DNA from: Phycisphaerae bacterium
GTDB taxonomy: Bacteria > Planctomycetota > Phycisphaerae > UBA1845
DNA length: 51,964 bases
Direction: 5' to 3'
NCBI GenBank assembly: GCA_036505095.1
Contig: DASXUA010000637.1
Span: forward strand, 1-51,964
Below are positions 14,987-23,150 of the stretch, one piece after another. The notes below the pieces were generated by a model. It worked only from the letters and a program-made list of their open reading frames with translations. It did not search any database and was not told the origin of the DNA. The position numbers and the translations under genes are program-made. How positions within the stretch are numbered: position 1 is the first letter of the stretch; each line of letters opens with the position of its first letter.

Positions 14987-15657
14987 ACGTACTCGTTCCA
15001 CAACTTTGAGAAGACCACCCAGCATGTCGGTACGAAGAACATGCCCGCGGCAAGCATCTGATCCGCGGCGGCGCGATCCTGGTTGACGTTCACCGTGCGA
15101 TACCAGAGGCGCCTACCCTTATGCACGATTTGATTGCGAAACTCGGCCAGCCGCCGGTAGTTGTCCCAGAACGGCTTTGCCTCAGCGCCAAGAACAGTCT
15201 CAAGCATCGTCTTACCATCCACGCCAAATAACCGTCTGAGTGCCTGCTCCGTAGCATCTGTGCTGCGAATGCGCAGGAGGTACTCCCAGATGCGTTCTGA
15301 CTTGTCACGGACCTCCCCGAATGCCGCGCCAATCCAGTTCAGTTCGGGATCCAGCCAGCAGGTGCCGTAGTAGATTAGGTTGAACACGCTGGCTTCGAAA
15401 TACGTCGCGCACAGGACCGCGCAGAGTTCCGGTCGGTTCTCGTTCCAGGCGAAAATGACGTCATCCCAAAGTTCGACGAACTCTGGCGATGGCCACACGC
15501 CACAAGCTGTTGCCTGGCTAGCGCCGCAGGCGGGGCAGATCAGTCCGAGCGATATGTCCGTGCCCACGTACTGGCATTGTCCGCATTGTCCATACGGCGA
15601 GTCCGGCCGCGTCATCGGTCGCGTGAGATGCAGCTCGATGGGAAGCGGTATGGACAT
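14941..15657 (-). CDS. zinc-ribbon protein with HEPN-like Rx4H motif
   Basis: 238 aa. CGQC...CPAC near the N-terminus. LAEFRNQIVHKG (R-x4-H) in the C-terminal helical part. Visibly lower GC than its surroundings. Confidence 0.55.
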   Translation of the reverse strand: MSIPLPIELHLTRPMTRPDSPYGQCGQCQYVGTDISLGLICPACGASQATACGVWPSPEFVELWDDVIFAWNENRPELCAVLCATYFEASVFNLIYYGTCWLDPELNWIGAAFGEVRDKSERIWEYLLRIRSTDATEQALRRLFGVDGKTMLETVLGAEAKPFWDNYRRLAEFRNQIVHKGRRLWYRTVNVNQDRAAADQMLAAGMFFVPTCWVVFSKLWNEYVHKPMRAKAISKPHE

Positions 15658-15659
15658 TT

Positions 15660-16384
15660 CTACGGTTCAGCTCGCGTCCGCCGACGAGGCTCCTCAGCTT
15701 CCGGTCCGTGGTCACTCGCGCGCCCGCCACCTCCGATGCGCAGGGCCTTTACCCGCCCGTCGCGCTCGGCAAAGCTGCGCGATATCTGCTTCCCCGAGTC
15801 TCTTCCGAACCAATCAAACGTCGCGACAAGCAAATAATCAACAACGCTGCGAAGGTCATGGCTTCTTCCGCTGCTAAAGACGTGGGAGGACCATACCGCC
15901 GTCTCCGGATTGGGCCCCTGTGTACTGGTCCACGATGCACGCTCATACAGCGTCGCGCCTAGATAACGCGTGTAGTACGTGTAGCTGTAGGGTGCGTACG
16001 AGGTCGTTCCCGGAAGGTTAGTCGTTGCCGTGGCCCAGTCGCCGCGACTCGTGTACACGTTGGTCGTCGCGGTGCCGCCTGGGTGGAACACGGGGCGCGC
16101 ACCGACCGCCGTGTGTCCGTCATCTATAGCGAAGAAGGCGGACAGTACATAATCGCAATCGAGAGCGGACGCGACAGAATAGCCCTTTTCCGCGAGGATA
16201 CTCTCGATCTTGCGCCCGACCTCCGCCTCCAATAACGGCTCGCCGGGGTCCGCCCTCGCCACTACGCCTATGCGCGCGGAGGAGCGCGCAGCCGGGAAGC
16301 TCTGCGTTCTCGAAAGTTAGTGGTGATGCTGACGTGATAGCGGGTGCAGCCCGCCATCAGCGCGGAAGCGGTGACGGTCAGCAT
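15660..16384 (-). pseudogene. DUF4136-like lipoprotein gene, apparently frameshifted
   Basis: Lipoprotein signal MLTVTASALMAGC (ATG at 16384) lies in one frame and stops at 16268. The body (..PLLEAEVGRKIESILAEKGYSV...VWSSHVFSSG..) lies in the 15660..16262 frame, which is open from about 16318. Confidence 0.4.
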
Positions 16385-16410
16385 TGCACGTAAATAGTCG
16401 TGCGTCACGT

Positions 16411-16702
16411 TCACCCTGGCTCGCGCCGGCTGCGCTCTTCGATCCACTTCGCCGCCAGCTTCTCTGGCGAGATGCCGGCGCGGGCGCTCAAGGCGTCGAC
16501 CTTGCGCTTCGTGCGTGCTGACAGCTTGATATGAAGCATCGCTCGCGCGCGCCAGAAAGCGCTTCATCGGCTCGGGATAGTCACGTGGACGGACGATCTC
16601 GGCCTCGCCGCGATCGAGGTTCTCAAAGGCCGACGTTCGCTCGATGTCGCGAATGGCAGCCAATTCGGCCTTCGTTGCTCGTGCTGATCGAGCTTGCTTC
16701 AT
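16411..16702 (-). pseudogene. small antitoxin-like (DUF4415/RHH-type) gene, apparently frameshifted
   Basis: MKQARSARATKAELAAIRDIERTSAFENLDRGEAEIVRPRDYPEPMKRFLARA, then a frame switch to MLHIKLSARTKRKVDALSARAGISPEKLAAKWIEERS..*. Paralog of 16737..17036. Confidence 0.45.
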
Positions 16703-16736
16703 CGCTCATCGCGTGCTCAGCAGCCCACGTCCCGTT

Positions 16737-17036
16737 TCATCCCTTGCTCAATCCAGCCTCGTGCCAGACGCTCCATCGGAACGCCTGTGCGTTCGCTGCG
16801 CGATTCGAGCGCGCGATGACCCGTCCGGGCAGCCTGAGGTGCAGAATGTTACAACGCCGAGCAAGAAAACGCTTGATCGGCTCCGGGTACTCGTCCGGCG
16901 TGAGAATCCTGGCCTCGCCGGTTTCGAGCATGTCGAAGGCCGACCTGCGCTTCATGTCGCGGACATAGGCCGCCTCGGCACGGCTCATACCCAACGCATT
17001 CTTCCCTCTCGTCCCTGATTTCAACGTCCGGCCCAT
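16737..17036 (-). CDS. small antitoxin-like protein (DUF4415/BrnA-like)
   Basis: ORF 16737..17294 trimmed to MGRTLKS... It contains AEAAYVRDMKRRSAFDMLETGEARILTPDEYPEPIKRFLARR..LHLRLPGRVI. No cognate toxin gene is visible. Confidence 0.5.
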   Translation of the reverse strand: MGRTLKSGTRGKNALGMSRAEAAYVRDMKRRSAFDMLETGEARILTPDEYPEPIKRFLARRCNILHLRLPGRVIARSNRAANAQAFRWSVWHEAGLSKG

Positions 17037-17173
17037 CTTGGGTAGCGGCGCATCTCGTCCGCCGTCATTCGATCCATAGGGCACGTATGAGGGCTTCCGG
17101 GCAGATTGGTGGTTACGGTCCCTGACCTGCCAAATTCGCTCCTCCCGGTGGCGCCGCAGTCGACCACTCGTCG

Positions 17174-17629
17174 TCAGTATAGCTCCGCCATCCACTGGCC
17201 GCCGTGACGTGGGTTGCCCACCAGGCGCTGGTTGACCGGATCGATCCACCAGTCCATTACTTCCAGCGGTACCTGCCCAAGGAGTGGCGGGCAATCGTCC
17301 GGAAGTTCCATCACCTCGCTGATGCAGTCGCGGCCTTCTACCGTAACTCGGACCGGCGAGTAGATCCCCATTGGCGTCAGGCCGTTGGCTGTATTTGTCT
17401 CCTTCGTTCGCAGGAAGCGGAGGCCGAGTTGCGCCACAAATCGCTTCGGAAGGCAGAAATACGTCGCTCCGGAGTCCACCAACGCGCTGATTTCGAGCCG
17501 CCGCACCCGCTCAGGGCCGATCTCGCCCGCCTCACGGCGCACGACATCGTCGTAATTCTCGGCCGTCAGTCGAACGTCAACGCGTCCCACATCGACTCCA
17601 GGCTTCGGCTCAACTGCAGTCATCGTCAT
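17174..17629 (-). CDS. retropepsin-like (clan AA) aspartyl protease
   Basis: 151 aa with ALVDSGATYFCLP (the D-S/T-G-A active-site motif), at the size typical of single-domain bacterial retropepsin-like proteins. Confidence 0.7.
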   Translation of the reverse strand: MTMTAVEPKPGVDVGRVDVRLTAENYDDVVRREAGEIGPERVRRLEISALVDSGATYFCLPKRFVAQLGLRFLRTKETNTANGLTPMGIYSPVRVTVEGRDCISEVMELPDDCPPLLGQVPLEVMDWWIDPVNQRLVGNPRHGGQWMAELY

Positions 17630-17698
17630 CGCGGCACCTCGCGGGTATTATAGCCCGCACGCCGCTCCAGATTCAAAGGCGGGTGACTGAGCGCCACC

Positions 17699-19735
17699 CT
17701 ATCCGGCGCGGGCGGCGGCGGCGGCCGCGTAGGTTTCGTTGATTTCGTGCTGGCGCGCGGCGGGCGTCTTAACGGCGGATTCGGGATCGGTGGCGATGCC
17801 GCGGGCGACCAGGTCGTCCCAGTGCTTCTCGTTGAAGATGCAGCCGGGGTCGCCGGCGTTCAGGTCGCCGAAATACGCATCGGCGCGGGCGCGGCAGCCG
17901 CCGCAATAGTGCTTGAACTCGCAGACCTCGCAGTGATGCGTGCGGCGGTCGCGGTCGCAGAGCAGTTCCCAGAACTCGTTATGGCGGAAGATGTCGATGA
18001 AATCGCGCTGGCGGATGTTGCCCTGCACGCGGTGCGGCAGGTAGACGCAGGGGGTGATGTTGCCGTTGGGCTCGATCGCGACGTAATCGCGGCCGGCGCC
18101 GCAGCCGCCCAAGTATTTGGCAATGACGCGGGCCTTCTCGCCGCCGCCGCTGCCGGCGTGCGAGCAGGCTTGCTTGCCTTCGGTCGGAGCGTGCGCGACG
18201 CACGTGCGGCCGAACTGCGGCGCCGTGCTGATCACGCCGATCTTGCCGGACTGCATGGCGTTGTTCAGCTTGCGCAGCAGCAACTCGCGCTGCCTGGGGT
18301 TCAGGTCGCCGTCGACCATCTGCAACCCGCGGCCGACCGGGATGAAGTTGAAGTGCGCGAACACGCCGGCGCCGATGTCGACGCAGAAGTCGAGCATGTC
18401 GTCGACTTCGTCGAAGTTGCCCTGGTGCACGCACATCGCCACGCCCAATCGCAACCCTTCCTGCTTGACGACGTTGCGCATGCCGTCGACCGTGCGGTGC
18501 CACATGCCGGGCTGACCCCGGAAGTCGTCGTGGCGATGCGGGTAGACTGAATCGAGGGAGATCTCGACGTAGCGCACGCCTGAATCGGCCAGCTTCTTCG
18601 CCAGCTTGGGCGTCATGGTGCCGCCATGCGTGGCGATGGTCGTGTGGATGCCGTGCGAGTGGCAGCGCTCCAGCACCGGCATCAAATCGGAGGAAATCGT
18701 CGGCTCGCCGCCGGCAAAAGCGATCATCGGCACGTACTGCTCGGCGATCTGATCGACCAGCCGCAGTTTCTCCTCGAGGGTCAGCTCGTCGGGCAGCTTC
18801 TTGTGCTCGGCGTCCTGGTAGCAGTGCTTGCACTTGAGATTGCAGAGGTTCGTAAAGTTCCAGACGATGAACAGGGGGGCCGTGAAGCGCTGCGGCAGCG
18901 TCAGGCCGAACTCGGCCACGCTGCGGGCCGCGATCACCATGCCGCGGATGCTGCTGGCGTGCTCGCCGATGCGCTTGCGGAAGGTCTCGGCCGTCACGCC
19001 GCCCTTCATCTTGTCGATGAACAAGTGGAACGGCCAGTACTTGAGGCGGTGCGTCAGCGGCGCGTCGGGATTCGCATACGACGAGATGATTTCTTCGATC
19101 ATCGTCTTGCCGCTGGCGCGCTTCGTCGAGATATAGCCGAAGATCTTGCGCATGTAGCGCGTGTCGAGCAGATCCTCCAGCGGGTGGTGGTAATCCATGT
19201 CGACGTATTTCTTGCGGACCTGCTTGCGGGCCTGTGGCTCCAGTTTGTCGGGTGCAACCACGCCACGCTTCGATCGAGCGTCGTCGGCATAGATGTGCGA
19301 GTTGGCGTATCCATCTTCGCGGCGGCCCGAAGTCTTGTTGGGATTAGCGGAGATGGCGCCCTCGTGATGATACTGCTTACCAATCTTCGTGGCGGTGGAA
19401 AGCTCGGGCGCCTGAGTACGGCTGTCGTAGCGCGTGGCCTCGCCGCGATAAGCCTCGCGCTTGCCTTTGCGCCGGCCGCCGTCCTTGGTGGTCATCATCA
19501 TGCCGACGTACTGGCTTGAGCCGTACGGCAGGTTGGTGGGATCGGCGAAGACGTCGCCATACTCCTGGATCGAGCCGTGCCCGCCGGACGAGCAGCATCC
19601 GCCGGACGAGGCCTGGTCTGAAATGACTTCGAGCGCGAGGCTCACTCCATGCGACCGGCCCTTGGAATCGACAGCCGGCGCGATGCCGCCCCCGGAAGTC
19701 TCGACGCTCTTGTCCAATCGCAAATCGGCCATCAT
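17699..19735 (-). CDS. radical SAM / SPASM-domain enzyme with ~290-aa N-terminal extension
   Basis: CNLKCKHCY (CxxxCxxC), GGEPT, and a C-terminal Cys-rich SPASM-like region (CGAGRDYVAIEPNGNITPC...HCEVCEFKHYCGGCRA). The N-terminal part is unassigned and contains SSGGCCSSGGHG. Confidence 0.9.
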   Translation of the reverse strand: MMADLRLDKSVETSGGGIAPAVDSKGRSHGVSLALEVISDQASSGGCCSSGGHGSIQEYGDVFADPTNLPYGSSQYVGMMMTTKDGGRRKGKREAYRGEATRYDSRTQAPELSTATKIGKQYHHEGAISANPNKTSGRREDGYANSHIYADDARSKRGVVAPDKLEPQARKQVRKKYVDMDYHHPLEDLLDTRYMRKIFGYISTKRASGKTMIEEIISSYANPDAPLTHRLKYWPFHLFIDKMKGGVTAETFRKRIGEHASSIRGMVIAARSVAEFGLTLPQRFTAPLFIVWNFTNLCNLKCKHCYQDAEHKKLPDELTLEEKLRLVDQIAEQYVPMIAFAGGEPTISSDLMPVLERCHSHGIHTTIATHGGTMTPKLAKKLADSGVRYVEISLDSVYPHRHDDFRGQPGMWHRTVDGMRNVVKQEGLRLGVAMCVHQGNFDEVDDMLDFCVDIGAGVFAHFNFIPVGRGLQMVDGDLNPRQRELLLRKLNNAMQSGKIGVISTAPQFGRTCVAHAPTEGKQACSHAGSGGGEKARVIAKYLGGCGAGRDYVAIEPNGNITPCVYLPHRVQGNIRQRDFIDIFRHNEFWELLCDRDRRTHHCEVCEFKHYCGGCRARADAYFGDLNAGDPGCIFNEKHWDDLVARGIATDPESAVKTPAARQHEINETYAAAAAARAG

Positions 19736-19859
19736 CGCACCTCGTTTATGTCCCCGATAACACGGACTGACCGAGTGTCACTCGGTTTTTGGCGGCGTTT
19801 CGCGCCAGCGACGCCGCCCAACCGCCGATTCGCCGCACGCGTTCAGCTCTCGGAGTCGC

Positions 19860-20216
19860 TCACGGCTGAACCGAGGCGCCCGAGAGGGCGCGCGCACTCT
19901 GCTCGACCGCCCATTCGAATCCCTTTACAATCTCGTAGATGGCAGCCGTCTCATATAAGGCATCGCACAACACGTCATCCGGATACCGTTCCGAACTCTG
20001 AGACAAGAGAGCCGTAACCTGTCCAGCGATGACGTGCTGCAGCTCATTGACGCCTTGGAATTTCTGAACACGACGATCTGCGGACATTGCGGGGCTCGCA
20101 AGTGGATAGGCATCGCGGCCACACACCGTCAGGTTGTTTGCGAGCCGCGCCAGAAACTCTGCCTGATCTTGCACGGGGCTGCGGGCATAAAGGGATTTGA
20201 ATTCGTCAGAGGTCAT
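19860..20216 (-). CDS. hypothetical protein (downstream member of a 2-gene cassette)
   Basis: 118 aa. The start overlaps the upstream stop (ATGA at 20213-20216). No family recognised. Confidence 0.5.
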   Translation of the reverse strand: MTSDEFKSLYARSPVQDQAEFLARLANNLTVCGRDAYPLASPAMSADRRVQKFQGVNELQHVIAGQVTALLSQSSERYPDDVLCDALYETAAIYEIVKGFEWAVEQSARALSGASVQP

Positions 20217-20470
20217 ACCGCATCCTCATCAGTATAAGACTGGCGAAGGAGCGAGTCCACGTCGACGCCACGCTGCTTCAGGATGAATACGCGAGTATTG
20301 CCCTGCATGACCGTACCGTCCGGCTTGACGCGTAACGGCTCGAACTCGCTGCCCTCTCGCAATGACTCAATGATCTCCTCCGTGCTCTTTGGCTCCCAGA
20401 AATCGAAGCTCGATTGCCGCATTGAACTGCGCGGGTGAATGACGCGGAGCGGAGGAAGTTGATCAGCCAC
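20213..20470 (-). CDS. hypothetical protein (upstream member of a 2-gene cassette)
   Basis: 85 aa. Contains LRVKPDGTVMQGNTRVFILKQRG. No confident family. Confidence 0.5.
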   Translation of the reverse strand: MADQLPPLRVIHPRSSMRQSSFDFWEPKSTEEIIESLREGSEFEPLRVKPDGTVMQGNTRVFILKQRGVDVDSLLRQSYTDEDAV

Positions 20471-20539
20471 GTTGCAGTATCCAGGCGTTCGTTCTCCTTA
20501 CTTACTCCTCGGTTCCTCAGAGCCTCTGAGTCCCGCTCG

Positions 20540-22672
20540 TCAATGACATCCGCACCCGCTGCCGCAGCCGCCGTTACCGTTCGCGCCTTTGGGCTTCATC
20601 GCGCCTGCGGCCAAAATCGGCAACATCAGCTTGTTCTCGACTCGCCCGCCGACCCACTGTTCGTTTTCATCATCCTGCGTGCCAAAGCGATTGGCCCATG
20701 GCATGACCGCGTTCGGGTGACTCGACGGTCGCAGCGCGATCATCGGGTTCTCGGCCTGCCACTCGGGATTGGCCATCGCATACATCCGCTCGATGTAATG
20801 CCGGTAGCTCGGGCCGCTGTTGATCGTGCAGAAGGGGTAGATCCCATCGGGCGTCGAATACTGAATCACGCAGCGGCGGACGCGCTCCACGTCGTAGTTG
20901 TAGCGGTCCATGAAGTGCATACCGGCCGCCATGAGAGTTTTGTACGATTTCTTCTCGCCCGCGCCGCGGCCCTGCTCCTTGTTGGTCAGGCCCTGAAGCG
21001 CGCGAATGAAGGTGAACGGCGAAATGCGCTTGTCATATTCCTTCCAGCGATAGCTCTTCAGGAATGTGGCGAGCATGGTCAGCTTATCGAAGCCGTTCGC
21101 CAGATCGCGCTTGGCCTTGATCTTCTTGTGCAGCTCATTGAAACCGCCGAACAGCTTGGCCACATCGAACAGCTTGGGAATGGGAATGGCCTCGTGCTCG
21201 GGCGTCACGAAGAAATAGGTGCCGAAGGCGCAGTCGCTGTGGCAGCTCGGCCGGATTTTGGGCTTGCCATCTAGAAGCTCCATGACGCGCGACATGGGCG
21301 TCAGGAACGAGAGCGGGAAAAAGTCCCGGTGCGGATCGGCCCCCGAGCAGTTGGCGATATCGTGCGCCAAGTCGCCGAGCGTGTAGCGTTTCTTGTCCAG
21401 ATCGCGCTTATTGATGCGGCCCGTGAATACCACCGGCTGATAGCTAATGGCGCTAATTGCATCCGAGTGCTCGACAGCGAACTTGAATATCTTGGCGACC
21501 TGGTCGTCGTTGAAGCCTTTGATGATAGTCGGCACGAGGCAGATCTTCAGGCCCGTCTTCTTGCAGTTCTCGATGGCTTTGAGTTTCTTTTCGAGCAGCG
21601 GCTCGGCGCGGACCTTCTTGTAGATGCGATCGTCGAGGCCATCGAACTGCAAGTAGAGGGTGTGCAGCCCGGCCTCGGCCGAGCGCTCGGCGAACTCCAG
21701 GTTCGCGTGCGTGATGCCGTTGGTGGCAATCTGCACATGCGTGAAGCCCATCTCATTTGTCTTACGGACAATCCGGTGGAACTCCGGATGGATCGTCGGT
21801 TCACCGCCGGTGAACTGCACGGCCGTCGAGGGATACGGATGCTGCTCGCGCAACGCTTGCAGCATCTCGACCACCATCTCAAACGACGGCTCGGACACAT
21901 AGCCGGCCGTATTGGCACAGGCGAAGCACACCGGGCAAGTCAGGTTGCAGCGGTTGGTGAGATCGACCTGCGCCAAACACGACGTCGAGATGTGCTGATT
22001 GCAAAGACCGCAGTCGGACGGGCAGGAATGCGCCTTGTCGATCTGCGGGTCGTACACGCCGCGCTCATCCTCGAAGATGCTGCGCGTGCTCTTGATGTAC
22101 AACCGCGCATCGGTCGAAATGCGGTCCCGGAAGTAGCCGTGCTCCGGACACGTTTTCTCGATGTAAACCGTGTTCTCTTTTACGTAGTAGCGGCCCAGGA
22201 TGTTGCACGAGCACTCCGGACAGAGTGTCTCAACTGTCTTGGGCAGGTTTTTTACGACCGGCCGGATGATGAAGCCCTTGTAGGTGCGCTTAGGTTGATG
22301 CTCCGTGTAGCCCGGCTTGTTCTTGACGAACAGCACGTCCTCATGCCGCTCGCGATACGCACCACAAACGGGGCAGGCGAATTCCAGGTAGATTGCGTCT
22401 TCGTCGCGGTCGTAGACATAGCGGGACGGAACGGTGTTGTCGCACTTGATGCAATGCGACTGGCATTCCCACGGAAGCCCCTTGATCCCCTTCTGCACCG
22501 GAGCGTATTTGCGGAGCGACAGCTTATAGGCTTCTAACTCGGTCCTGGCCGTGTCGCTGGTCACGGCCCGGCGGCGGATACGATGGATGGGCCGGACCAG
22601 ATTTCCGGAATGCGAGCCGGCCGGATCGCTGGGATCGATCCGGGTCTCGATCGGTGCGGAAGGTTGGATCAC
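20540..22672 (-). CDS. radical SAM enzyme of the Tes / GDGT-MAS (MJ0619, COG1964) type
   Basis: GTG start. CPECSCNILGRYYVKENTVYIEKTCPEHGYF matches the rubredoxin-like N-terminal module of this family. It is preceded by a second similar module, CIKCDN...ACPVCG. Then VDLTNRCNLTCPVCFA (radical SAM) and FTGGEPT. The C-terminus ends GNGGCGSGCGCH. Confidence 0.85.
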   Translation of the reverse strand: MIQPSAPIETRIDPSDPAGSHSGNLVRPIHRIRRRAVTSDTARTELEAYKLSLRKYAPVQKGIKGLPWECQSHCIKCDNTVPSRYVYDRDEDAIYLEFACPVCGAYRERHEDVLFVKNKPGYTEHQPKRTYKGFIIRPVVKNLPKTVETLCPECSCNILGRYYVKENTVYIEKTCPEHGYFRDRISTDARLYIKSTRSIFEDERGVYDPQIDKAHSCPSDCGLCNQHISTSCLAQVDLTNRCNLTCPVCFACANTAGYVSEPSFEMVVEMLQALREQHPYPSTAVQFTGGEPTIHPEFHRIVRKTNEMGFTHVQIATNGITHANLEFAERSAEAGLHTLYLQFDGLDDRIYKKVRAEPLLEKKLKAIENCKKTGLKICLVPTIIKGFNDDQVAKIFKFAVEHSDAISAISYQPVVFTGRINKRDLDKKRYTLGDLAHDIANCSGADPHRDFFPLSFLTPMSRVMELLDGKPKIRPSCHSDCAFGTYFFVTPEHEAIPIPKLFDVAKLFGGFNELHKKIKAKRDLANGFDKLTMLATFLKSYRWKEYDKRISPFTFIRALQGLTNKEQGRGAGEKKSYKTLMAAGMHFMDRYNYDVERVRRCVIQYSTPDGIYPFCTINSGPSYRHYIERMYAMANPEWQAENPMIALRPSSHPNAVMPWANRFGTQDDENEQWVGGRVENKLMLPILAAGAMKPKGANGNGGCGSGCGCH

Positions 22673-22716
22673 AAAAACGCCTCCTTCCTGGTGCGTCGCC
22701 GCGGGGGCCGACGCTA

Positions 22717-23010
22717 TTACGCTGGCACATAGGGTGCCAGCAGTTCATCTATTTGTGATTCGTCCAGCACGTCTCCCGCGTTGAGCCGCTGCACGATACT
22801 GTCGATGATACCTTTCGCATCGCGTGCCCGGTGATTGGTGATGAAGCCGTCGTAAAGGTGCTCCCCCTCCATGGCGCGCGCGATCTCGAATTCTTTATTA
22901 TGCTCGGTCAACTCCGTGAAGTAGACCACGCGCACCTTCCGGCCGTAGTCCGCCTCGCGGTAGATCTCGAACATGATCTTGTCCGATTCGGCCATGCTTC
23001 TTTCAGACAC
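22717..23010 (-). CDS. small acidic hypothetical protein between the PlsA-like and Tes-like genes
   Basis: 97 aa from GTG 23010 (92 aa from ATG 22995). No family recognised. Co-oriented, 44 nt upstream of the Tes-like gene. Confidence 0.55.
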   Translation of the reverse strand: MSERSMAESDKIMFEIYREADYGRKVRVVYFTELTEHNKEFEIARAMEGEHLYDGFITNHRARDAKGIIDSIVQRLNAGDVLDESQIDELLAPYVPA

Positions 23011-23150
23011 AGGACGCTGAGTCGCAGAGGAAGGCGTTAATAAGCTTTCTCGCGGCTTGCTCCGACTCTGGGTTCGCCTGGTCTTGCCCGACCGCGCCTC
23101 ACATCAGGCAGTGCTCCGCTCCAGTCCAGCCGGAGTTTACCCGATCCGCC

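Noticed and set aside
19771-19790. Hairpin ccgagtg t cactcgg followed by TTTTT, considered as a Rho-independent terminator
   Set aside because: The T-run follows the hairpin only on the + strand, but both flanking genes are on the minus strand. On the minus strand it lies in the 5' leader of the radical SAM/SPASM gene. The stem also has a 1-nt loop. Not called.
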